From Acidimicrobiales bacterium (GTDB lineage Bacteria; Actinomycetota; Acidimicrobiia; Acidimicrobiales; CADCSY01): 60,944 nucleotides of DNA. Made by a program: the position numbers and the translations under genes. Below, in pieces: positions 49,870 through 60,944 of the stretch. The stretch's first letter is position 1. Each line of letters starts with the position of its first letter. Location: the NCBI GenBank assembly GCA_035942035.1, contig DASZDK010000100.1, forward strand, positions 1-60,944, written 5' to 3'. The notes below the pieces were generated by a model. That model was not told the origin of the DNA. It searched no databases and saw only the letters and a list, made by a program, of their open reading frames with translations.

Positions 49870-50682
49870 CTATCCCGGCCGGGGCCCCAACCCCGGCCTC
49901 CTCGCCGAAGCGGGGTCCCCATCCCCGCCGGCGGGGTCGAGCTCGGCCCGCCAGGCCAGGGCGGCCAGGGGGAGCATGGCCAGGGCACCGACCACGCCCA
50001 CCAGCGGGTCGCCGAAGAACACCACGAAGGCGATGACCTCGCTGAGCGCCCACCAGGTGTAGAGGGCCAGTAGGCCCCGGCTGCGCCCCGGACCGGGCAG
50101 GAGCCGGTCGAGCACCACCATCACCGCCGCCGACGACACCAGCCAGCCGGCGTAGTTCGACAGCGGGATGCCGCGCCAGAACCCGTCGGCCTCCCACACC
50201 CAGAAGCCCTCGGCGACCATCTGGGGATCGAGCATGACGTCCCAGGCGGTCAGGGCGGCTGCGGCGAGGACCACCCGCAGCCACCCCGGCCCCACCAGGC
50301 GGGCTGCCACCTCCCGGGCGGGCAGGGCCATGGCCAGCCACGCCAGGGGCACCACGAGGGGCACGCCGGCAGCTTGAGGCCGCAGCGCTTCGGTGTAGTG
50401 GTAGACGCCGAAGGGCCAGCCGGTGGTCGAGCCCAGCCACTCGAGGGCGAAGGTGCCGACGACCACGGCGCCGGCTGCCGCCGCCACCCGGGGCCAGGAC
50501 CAGACGGCGCCGGCCAGGGCGGCGGTGGCGGCGAAGAAGGCGGCCACCACCACGGTGGTGAGCGCCCGGGTGTCGTCGACGAAGGGGATGAGGGCCTGGG
50601 CCCCGGCCATGAGGGCGAAGGCGCCCAGGGCCCCGGCCACGGCCGGCGTCGAGGGGCGGGACAGGCGCAGGGCGGCGGTCAC
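49870..50682 (-). CDS. cruF: Carotenoid biosynthesis membrane protein (DUF422), CruF-type 1',2'-hydratase candidate
   Basis: 270 aa from GTG 50682, which overlaps the crtB stop (GTGA). Polytopic, with WDVMLDPQMV and GIPLSNYAGW motifs as in the CruF/DUF422 family. Confidence 0.7.
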   Translation of the reverse strand: MTAALRLSRPSTPAVAGALGAFALMAGAQALIPFVDDTRALTTVVVAAFFAATAALAGAVWSWPRVAAAAGAVVVGTFALEWLGSTTGWPFGVYHYTEALRPQAAGVPLVVPLAWLAMALPAREVAARLVGPGWLRVVLAAAALTAWDVMLDPQMVAEGFWVWEADGFWRGIPLSNYAGWLVSSAAVMVVLDRLLPGPGRSRGLLALYTWWALSEVIAFVVFFGDPLVGVVGALAMLPLAALAWRAELDPAGGDGDPASARRPGLGPRPG

Positions 50683-51611
50683 GGGCCGCTGGGCGGGCGT
50701 GTGGCCGCCGGCCGGGCGGCGAGGGTGCCTGCCACCGCCAGCCGCCCCACCGTGGTCGCCTTGCGCCACAGGGGCACCCGCACCCGCCGGGAGAACACGT
50801 CGTAACCGGCGGCCTCGATGCGTTCGAGGATGCCGGCGTAGAGAATGCGGGCCGCCCGGATCCCCTTGGCCGACGACGGGGGCAACAGGGCGATGCCCAC
50901 GTCGGCGGAGCGGTACAGGCTGCGGCAGCGCTCGACCTCGAAGGCCATGACCGCCGCCCACTCCGGCGTCACCTCCCGGGACCACGGGTCGGCGCCGAAC
51001 CGGCGCAGGTCCTCCTGGGGAAGGTAGACCCGCCCGCGGTCGAGGTCCTCGGCCACGTCCCGCAGGAAGTTGGTGAGCTGGAAGGCGTTGCCCAGGTCCT
51101 GAGCGTGGGGCTGGGCCGCCGGCGAGAGGGGCTCGAGGATGGGCAGCATCATCTCGCCGATGACCGCCGCCGATCCGTCCATGTAGCCGAGCAGGTCGTC
51201 CCACGTCTCGTAGCTGGCGACGCTCAGGTCCATGGTCATGGATCGCAGGAACCGGCGGAAGCAGTGGGGGTCGATGCGGAAGGCCCGCACCGTGTGCACC
51301 ACCGCCTTGAGCACCTCGTCGTCGGAGTCGCCGGTGTCGAGGTCGGCGAAGAACTGATCACCGAAGCTGGCCAGGGCCTTGGCCCGCACGTCGACGGAGG
51401 CGTCGCTGCCCAGGTCGTCGACGATGTCGTCGGCATAGCGGCAGAAGCCGTACAGGGCGTGGACGTGGTGGCGCTTGACCCGGGGCAGCGCCTTGGTCGA
51501 CCAGTAGTAGGTGGTCCCGTAGCGCCGGTTGAGCTCCCGGCAGCGCTCGTAGCTCTGCTCCAGGGTGACGGGGCTCATCCCGGCCGCCCCGTCGGCCGGC
51601 CGGGTGGTCAT
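50679..51611 (-). CDS. crtB: Phytoene synthase
   Basis: YGTTYYWSTKALP, ALYGFCRYADDIVDD and the second Asp-rich region. ATG 51611 overlaps the crtI stop (ATGA). Confidence 0.93.
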   Translation of the reverse strand: MTTRPADGAAGMSPVTLEQSYERCRELNRRYGTTYYWSTKALPRVKRHHVHALYGFCRYADDIVDDLGSDASVDVRAKALASFGDQFFADLDTGDSDDEVLKAVVHTVRAFRIDPHCFRRFLRSMTMDLSVASYETWDDLLGYMDGSAAVIGEMMLPILEPLSPAAQPHAQDLGNAFQLTNFLRDVAEDLDRGRVYLPQEDLRRFGADPWSREVTPEWAAVMAFEVERCRSLYRSADVGIALLPPSSAKGIRAARILYAGILERIEAAGYDVFSRRVRVPLWRKATTVGRLAVAGTLAARPAATRPPSGP

Positions 51612-53116
51612 CGCCGCTCCCGGCCGTACTCCTCCACCCGCTCCGCGGCCAGGCGGCCGGACACCAGCACGGTCGGGATCCCCACGCCGGGCACGGTGCC
51701 CGAGCCCACGAACACCAGACCCGGTGCCCGCCGGTCGACATTGGAGGGCCGGAACGGGCCAGTCTGCAGGAAGCGGTGCGACAGGGCGAACGGCGTCCCC
51801 CGCTCCATGCCCTGGCGCTCCCAGTCGAGGGGGTCGAGGAACTCCTCGACCTCGATCTCGACGGGGTAGCCCAACTGCGCCACACGTTCCGCCAGCGACG
51901 TACGCACCCGCTCACGCTCGGCGGTCCAGTCCATGCGCCCGTCGAGGTTGGGCACGGGCTCGAGGGCGTACAGCGTGGAGCAGCCCTCGGGGGCCAGCGA
52001 CGGGTCGTCCTTGGTGTGCACGGTGACGAGGATCGACGGATCGGGCATGCGCACGCCGTCCTTCAGCAGGGCGGCGAAGGCGTCGTTCCAGGCGGTGCCG
52101 AAGTGGATGTTGTGGTGGGCGACGTCGTCGGCCGGCAGCCCGCGCACTCCGGCGTGCCACACCACGCACGACGGCGAGTAGTGGCCCCGGCGGGCGGTCC
52201 GGGGGGCGTCGAGGCCGCCCAGCAGCGTGCGGTAGGCCACGGGCAGGTCGGGATTGGCCACCACGGCGTCGGCGTGCACCACCTCGCCGGTGTCGAGGCG
52301 CACGCCGGTCACCGGGCCGGTGGTGCCCTGGCGGCGCAGGATGGTCTCGACCGTGGCGCCGTAGCGGAACTCGGCCCCGGCTTTCTCGGCACCGGCCGCC
52401 AGCCCCCGGCACATGGCGTGCATGCCGCCACGAGGGAAGTAGACCCCCTCGACGGAGTCCATGTAGGTGATGATGCAGTAGAGGGCCAGCGCCTGGTACG
52501 GGGCCAGGCCGGCGTACATCGACTGGAAGCTGAAGATGCGCTGGAGCCGCTCGTCGTTGAAGTAGGAGGCCACCACCTTGGAGAGCTTGCGGAACCCTCC
52601 GAGGCGCACCAGATCGACCGTCGGCTTCAGGGGGCGGGCCAGCGACAGGGGCGAGGCGAAGTTTCGGTCGATGAAGTTGGGCATCTCCAGCCGGTACAGC
52701 CGGCCCAGCCAGTCGCAGAACCGCCCGAAGGCGGCCGCCTCCTTGGCGCCGCACACGTCCAGGATCTCCTGGGTCATGCGCTCGCGCCCGTGCCACACCC
52801 GCAGCACGGAGCCATCGGCGTAGCACGCCCGGTACATGGGGTCGACGGGGCGGATGTCGACGTAGTCGGCCATCTCGGCCCCCATGGCCCGGAAGCAGTC
52901 CTCGACCAGACCGGGCATGGTCAGCACGGTGGCCCCGGTGTCGAAGCGGTAGCCGCCCTTCTCCAGCAGTCCCACCCGTCCCCCCGGCGTGTCACCCCGC
53001 TCGAGCACGGTGACGTCGTGCCCCCGCCCGGTCAGGTGGCAGGCTGCCGACAGCCCGCCGAGTCCTGCTCCCACCACGACGACGTGCACGGAGGCTCTCC
53101 TTACCGGTCGCGCCAT
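51608..53116 (-). CDS. crtI: Phytoene desaturase
   Basis: VVVVGAGLGGLSAA fold, family-length match and C-terminal VFVGSGTVPGVGIP. The alternative start is GTG 53089. Confidence 0.93.
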   Translation of the reverse strand: MARPVRRASVHVVVVGAGLGGLSAACHLTGRGHDVTVLERGDTPGGRVGLLEKGGYRFDTGATVLTMPGLVEDCFRAMGAEMADYVDIRPVDPMYRACYADGSVLRVWHGRERMTQEILDVCGAKEAAAFGRFCDWLGRLYRLEMPNFIDRNFASPLSLARPLKPTVDLVRLGGFRKLSKVVASYFNDERLQRIFSFQSMYAGLAPYQALALYCIITYMDSVEGVYFPRGGMHAMCRGLAAGAEKAGAEFRYGATVETILRRQGTTGPVTGVRLDTGEVVHADAVVANPDLPVAYRTLLGGLDAPRTARRGHYSPSCVVWHAGVRGLPADDVAHHNIHFGTAWNDAFAALLKDGVRMPDPSILVTVHTKDDPSLAPEGCSTLYALEPVPNLDGRMDWTAERERVRTSLAERVAQLGYPVEIEVEEFLDPLDWERQGMERGTPFALSHRFLQTGPFRPSNVDRRAPGLVFVGSGTVPGVGIPTVLVSGRLAAERVEEYGRERR

Positions 53117-54246
53117 GCGACGTAGTTGGCCAGCTCGGTCAGCGCCACCTGGGCCTCCTCGGCCAGCGGCGCCGCCTTGACCGCCTCGAGCGCCTCGGTG
53201 GCCAGCCGCTCGATGGCGCGCTCGATCTCGTCGCGGGCGCCGATGGCGATCAGGACGTCCTGGAGCTCGGCCACGTCATCGGCGGTCAGGTCGGGGTCGC
53301 CGACCCGGCGCAGCGCCCGAGCCGCGGCCCCGGTGGCCCGCTGGGTGGCCACGGCCATGAGTGGCGTGGGCTTTCCCTCGCGCAGGTCGTCGCCCACGGG
53401 CTTGCCGGTGGAGACGGCGTCCCCGAAGGCGCCCAGGAGGTCGTCGCGCAGCTGGAAGGCCTCGCCGAGGGGAAGTCCGTAGTCGGACAGGGGGCCGGCG
53501 AGCTCGTCCAGGCGACCGGCCAGGGCGGCGCCCATGTGCAGGGGGCGCTCCACGGTGTACTTGCCGGACTTGTAGGAGGTGATGCGTCGGGCGGCGGCCA
53601 GGTCGGTCTGGCCCCGTACCGTGCCCAGCACGTCGAGGTACTGGCCGATGTTGAGCTCGATCCGCAGCTCGTCGTAGACGGCGCGAGCGCCCGGAGGGGC
53701 GGTGCGCACCAGCATGTCGGCGTAGACGAAGGCTAGGTCGCCCACGAGGATGGCCACACCCTCGCCGAAGCGGCGGGACTCTCCCCGCCAGCCGGAGCGG
53801 GCGTGGCGGGTGGCGTGGGCAGTGTGGGTCGCCGGCCGGCCCCGCCGCTGGGCCGAGCCGTCCATGACGTCGTCGTGCACCAGGGCGAAGGCGTGGAGCA
53901 GCTCGAAGGCGGCGCCCACGTCGACCACCAGCGGGTCGCCGGCGTCCCCGCCGGCGCCGACGTAGGCCCAGTGGCAGAACGCCGGCCGGAGGCGCTTCCC
54001 GCCCGAGTCCACGAAGGCGGCGAGGCACTCGACCAGGAGGCGGAGCTCGGGGTCGACCGCCGCCCACCGGGTCGCCTCGGCGTCGAGCAGCAGGTGGACC
54101 CGCTCCTCGACCCGGCGGGCGATGTCGAGCAGGCTGCAGGGAGGGGGTGCGCCGGAGGGGTCGGCCGAGTGGTCGATCACGTCATGGTACGGCGTGGCCG
54201 GTGGCGCTGGATTGCCGAGTCTGCGCCAGCGACGGCGAGTGCCCAC
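53101..54246 (-). CDS. crtE: Polyprenyl diphosphate synthase (geranylgeranyl diphosphate synthase type)
   Basis: First Asp-rich motif LVHDDVMD and second Asp-rich motif FQLRDDLLG. The alternative start is GTG 54180. Confidence 0.88.
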   Translation of the reverse strand: MGTRRRWRRLGNPAPPATPYHDVIDHSADPSGAPPPCSLLDIARRVEERVHLLLDAEATRWAAVDPELRLLVECLAAFVDSGGKRLRPAFCHWAYVGAGGDAGDPLVVDVGAAFELLHAFALVHDDVMDGSAQRRGRPATHTAHATRHARSGWRGESRRFGEGVAILVGDLAFVYADMLVRTAPPGARAVYDELRIELNIGQYLDVLGTVRGQTDLAAARRITSYKSGKYTVERPLHMGAALAGRLDELAGPLSDYGLPLGEAFQLRDDLLGAFGDAVSTGKPVGDDLREGKPTPLMAVATQRATGAAARALRRVGDPDLTADDVAELQDVLIAIGARDEIERAIERLATEALEAVKAAPLAEEAQVALTELANYVAWRDR

Positions 54247-54313
54247 AAGGTGGCCGCACGGCGACGTTGGGTGCTGGCGGGAGCAGATGGCGGTGCGGCG
54301 CTAGCGTGCGCCG

Positions 54314-56509
<2,196 letters not shown>

Positions 56510-59500
56510 GGGCCACCGCCACCGGCCAGGCCAGGGCGGCTGCGAGGAGCAGCCATCCCGCCAGCGGGACGCTGCCCCGGCCGGCGGGCAGGTCGGCGGG
56601 GTCGAACGCCTGGTCGGCCAGGATCTCCCCGCGTCCACCCGTGGCCTCCGACCACGCCCGCAGCGCCTCCGGGCGGGCCGGGCCCAACTGGTACTCGGGG
56701 GAGTACGACTGGGTGGCCACCGTGGCCGAGGAGAACACCGTCCCGTCACCGGCGGTGACCGCCGCCCCCACGGCGTAGCTGCCGGCGCCCACGGCGGCGG
56801 CAGCGCCCGAGAAGGTGGTGGCCGAGGTCCGCTGTAGGCGCACCTCGCGGCCCTGCCGGTCCGGTCCCGCCACCCGGGCCACCGCGGTGGCGTCGTCCGG
56901 CCACGGGTCGGCTCCCTCCACGGTGATACGCAGGGTGTCGCCGTCGATGGAGGTGCGCAGGCCGCCCCCGTCGCCGCCGGTTGGGAAGGCGTCTTTCACC
57001 GTGGCTGCCCAGAACGGCACGTAGCCCTCCCAGCCCGCCCACGCCTGCGACCACCGCGCCGAGGCGTCGCTGGTCCAGGCCGTGGCCCGGCCCAGGCCGG
57101 CCTGCCAGCTGGCCAGGAGCGGGTCGCCGTCGGGACCGATCCGCAGCAGGGTGCGAGCGGCCGGCTTGGCCGTGGTGGCCAGGTACCCGAACAGCGGGGG
57201 CGACGCCCTCAGCTCGGCCACGGGCGCCGCCGAGGAGACCACCTCGGGCAGGAACTCGCCCTCGTTGACGAAGTTCCGGGAGGCCAGCACCGTCTCCTCC
57301 ATCATGATCTGGGGGATCTGATGCAGGTCCCGCCCCGGGTGGAAGCGCCCGCCGCCGGCGTCGGCCACCGCCCGCAGCTCCTGGGCCGCTCCCTCGCCGG
57401 TGCCCAGCACCGACACGGTGATGCCCTCCTCCCGCAGGGCGGCGGCCTGGTCGGCCAGGCCGGCGAGGGCGCCCTCGGCGGTGAACCCGTCGGTGAACAG
57501 CACGATGTGCTTGAGCCGGGACTTGCTCTCCCGCAGGGCCTCGGCCGCCGTGCTCAGCGAGCGGCGCACGTCGGTGCCGCCGGCGGGCGTCAGCCGTCCC
57601 AGGCCCTCGCGCACCACCTCCTCGGGCGGGAGCTGCTGCAGGTCGATGATCCAGCGCTCCTCGGTGTTGAACGCCAGCACGCCCACCTCGTCGTTGCGGC
57701 TCAGGGCGGCGATGCTGCGGGCGGCGGCCGAGCGGGAGATGTCGGTCTTGTTCACCCCGCCCTCCTGGCCGAAGTTGCCGCCGCCAGGCAGCCCGTTGGC
57801 GCCCTCGTTGCAGTGGCAGGCGCCCATGGACCCACTGGCGTCGATGGCCAGCACCTGGGCCACCGAGCTGCGGCGCTTGGGGTCGAGGACGTCGCTCACC
57901 ACCGGGAGCAGCTGCTCGAGCGGGCTGTCGAGGTAGCCGCCCAGGGCGTAGCTGTGGTCGCCGCCGGTCACCACCAGCCCCCGCCCCAGGTCGCGGGTGG
58001 CGGCCCCGAGGTCGTCCACTTGGGACGGGGCGAGGGAGCGCACGTCCACGTCGACCAACACCGTGGCCTGGTAGGTCGCCAAGCGGTCGAGGGCGGGCAG
58101 CGCCTCGGCCGCCACCACGTCGGTGGGGATCCCCCCCGAGCGCAGGGCCTCAGCCAGCGTTGCCCCCGTCCCCGGCGCCCCTTCGGCCAGGAGCACCCGG
58201 GGCGGCCCCTCCACCTGCACGGCGGCGAAGCCCTGGTCGTTCTCGGGCACGGTGTCGCCCGATGCCGCCACCTCCACCGAGTAGCGGTCGAGCCCCGAGC
58301 TCCCCGCCACCTGAGGCAGGGCCACGACGTTGGCGCCGGCGGACAGCTCGACCTCCCGCTCGTCGACCACGGTGCCCTCCTGGCGCAGGGTCAGGCGGGC
58401 CGGTCCCGGCGCCGTGGCGGTGACCGTCACCTCCAGGGGCACCGTCTCGCCCTGGCGGGCCCGGGCCGGGGCGTCGAGCTCGGTCACGGCCACGTCGGCG
58501 CCCCCGGTACGGGCGACGGGATGGACGTCGACCCGGATGCCGGCGTCGGCCAGCCGGGAGATCTCGGCGTCGGTGTCGCCCTCGGTGGCCCGCCCGTCGG
58601 AGACCACCACGATGCGCCGGCGGGCGTCGGTGGGCAGCACGGCGGCGCCGAGGCGCAGGGCGCCGGCCAGGTCGGTGCGCTCGGCGTCGACCTGCACCGA
58701 CGGGGTGAGCAGCGTGGCCCGCTCCTGGACGGTCAGCTCCAGGCGGGCGTCGCCGCCGAAGAGGGCCACGCCGGCCACGGCGTCGGGCGGCTGAGAGGCC
58801 AGCGCCTCTCGCACCCACGCCACCGCCTCGGCCCTGCCGGCCGGCCCCAGCGAGTCGGAGGCGTCGACCAGGAACACCGTCGCCACCCGGTCACGGGTCC
58901 GGGGCAGCTCCACGCCCACGAGGGCGCCGACCACCAGCACGGCCACGGCCGCCCGTGCCCCGAGCGCGAGGCGGGCCTGGCGCCGGCCCACGCCCATCCG
59001 CCGGCGGACAGCGAAGGCCTCGGCCGCCAGCACGGCGAGGAGCACGGCCGCCACCCACGCGAGGAGCGATTGCAGGCCCCTGGGCACCTCCTCACCCGGC
59101 GGCGCCGGCCGTGGCTCGACCGGCAGGGTGTCGGCCGGCGCCAGCTCCGACTCCCGCGGGCTGGGATTCACCGCCAGCGTCCGCGGCGGCCGCCCCTCCT
59201 CGGTGACCACCCAGAAGCCGGGTCGGTCGGCCGCGGGCGCCGAGTCGCCGGGGGCCACCTCGGCCCGGGTGCCGCCCGGGCCCTCCACCGTGGCGCCGCG
59301 GCCCCGGGCCAGCGGCAGGGCGTCACCCACCTCGAGGTCGTCGGGAGCCAGGGCGGCGCCGGCCAGCTCGGCCACCAGGCGGTCCCCGAGGATGGGGAAC
59401 GCCACCTGGACCGGGAGGTTGGTCTCGGCCAGCGCGAACCCGAGGTAGGCGAAGGGCCGCCCGTGGCGCCGGCCCCGGACCAGGAGGGGTGTCTCCTCCG

Positions 59501-60819
59501 AGCCCACCAGCACGACGTCGCCGGGCGAGGTCTCGAGTCGCTGCGCCCGGCTCACCGCCACCTCGGACAGGTCGATGCCCGCCAGCAGGGGATCGTCGCC
59601 CCGCACCAGGGCCACCGCCGGCCGCTCGGCCTCGCCGGCCACCTCGATCCCCGGCGCTCCTCCCGGCGGGGCGATGGCCAGGAACGGGGCCCCGGGATCG
59701 TCAGGTACGGGCACCCCGTCGTAGACGGCAAGGTCGAAGCCCTCGGCGGTGCGGGGCTCGGCAACCCGTTCGACGGTGAGGTCGGGGATGGCGTCGAGGA
59801 GCCGGTCGAGGAAGACGTCCCCGGGGCCGGCGACGAGGACTCGCAGCGGCCGGCGCCGGGCGGCCACCGCTCGCAGGTGGTCGTCGGCGGCCAGGAGGTC
59901 CTCACCCTCCAGGAAGGCTTCGACGCGGTCGCCGGCGGGGAGCTCGACGGCCTGGTCGACCGCCTCGCCGGCGGGCAGGTCGAGCTCGACGCGATGGACC
60001 GTGCGCCCGTCGACGTCGAGGCGCAGGGTCTGGCGGGCGTCGCCTCCGCCGGTGTTGCGCACCGTCACCCGGGCCACCAGGCCGCTGCCCCGGGGCTCGA
60101 CGCCCAGGCGGGCGAGGGCGCGGTTGGTGGCCCGCTCTCCCGCCCGTTCGTAGCGGGTGCCGGGCGGGAGTTGGCGGCGCTCGACGTCGGTGAGTCCCCC
60201 GTCGGACAGGAGCACGAAACCGATGTCGACCCCGGGGGTCTCCAGGCTCTCGGCCAGGGTGAAGGCGGTGGCGAAGTCGGCGCCAGCAGCGGTGGTGGCC
60301 AGCCGGCCGAGTGCGTCGGCGAAGGCGCCGGCGTCGGGACTGGCCGACAGGACCACCCGTGGTCGCGGCCCGGCCTCCACCAGGCTGGCCACCCCGCCGG
60401 CCGGCAGCCCGGCCCGCAGCTCGCGGGCCCGCTGCTTCGCTGTGGCCAGGCGGTCGGGGTCGCCGTCGAGCGCGGCCATCGAGCCCGACGTGTCAACCAC
60501 GAACACGGTGTGTTGGGCCAGGGGGGCCTCGGTGGGACGGGTCGGGCCGGCGGCGGCCACGGCCAGCAGCGCCACCGCCAGCAGCTGCAGGACCAGCAGG
60601 GTGCTGGGGCGCAGCCGTTGCCAGGGCGACGCCGCCGACACCGGCACGGCCAGCTCCCGCCACAGGTAGGTGGAGCTGACGGTGCGAGCGGTGCGCCGCG
60701 GGCGCAGCAGGTGCAGCACCACGACCGGGACGGCGAGCAGGCCCAGCCACAGCGCCGCCGGGTTGCGGAACGTCACCGCCGGCGCCTCTCCGCTCTGCTC
60801 GCCACCCACAGGAGGGGGG

Positions 60820-60944
60820 TCATCGCAGGACCCCCGCCGCCCGCCAGCCGGCGAGCAGGACCTGCTCCAGGTCGTCGCCGGACAGGAGGCGCACGTAGGC
60901 CGTTCCCCGCCGGCGGCAGCGCCGGGCCACGCCGTCGGCCCACG
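60820..60944 (-). CDS. 3' end of a CDS (partial), DUF58-like by synteny
   Basis: The frame ending ...YVRLLSGDDLEQVLLAGWRAAGVLR-TGA (stop 60820-60822) lies immediately upstream of the BatA/vWA gene. The DUF58 assignment is from the usual MoxR-DUF58-BatA order only. Confidence 0.35.
   Translation of the reverse strand, partial: WADGVARRCRRRGTAYVRLLSGDDLEQVLLAGWRAAGVLR

Overview
High-GC chromosomal segment (clearly above 65-70% G+C by eye). It looks actinobacterial from its gene content: furA-katG, IdeR, Lhr, HelD, glgX-treY-treZ, an F420-type DDN and LigD. The taxon is inference only. About 50 genes can be supported. The six-frame track is dominated by shadow ORFs, so calls rest on family motifs read in the translations, third-position G/C bias and 4-nt start/stop overlaps. 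Coordinates were derived from the ORF track plus residue counting.

Content from left to right:
- a decayed Fe-S oxidoreductase gene
- katG-furA
- a heme block (hemE, ferrochelatase, HemY-type oxidase) preceded by a patatin-like lipase
- a HelD-type helicase coupled to a CDGSH protein
- CopZ
- a membrane-anchored BNR propeller
- BioY
- an Fe(III)-type ABC importer whose promoter carries an unusual tandem-octamer IdeR-like element, next to ideR
- lhr
- glgX-treY-treZ
- sthA
- a DMT transporter
- carotenoid sub-cluster 1 (crtYc/Yd, crtZ, crtA-like)
- an ~11.5-kb mixed block holding two ABC importers without functional ATPase genes, FmdE, an aldehyde dehydrogenase, a ligase-less LigD (PE+Pol) and gene fragments at both edges
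- a divergent PlsY-like gene, then carotenoid sub-cluster 2 (crtE-crtI-crtB-cruF-crtD-surf1-GT2)
- a lone ccmF
- a ~1500-aa triple-vWA BatA-like fusion downstream of a DUF58-like gene end

No tRNA, rRNA, CRISPR array, transposase or integrase was seen.

Best candidates for something new:
- the split myxol-glycoside-type carotenoid pathway with an embedded SURF1 gene and an adjacent PlsY-like acyltransferase
- the octamer-repeat iron operator
- the FmdE/ABC/LigD arrangement
- the giant vWA fusion

All functions are motif-level recognitions, not database results.
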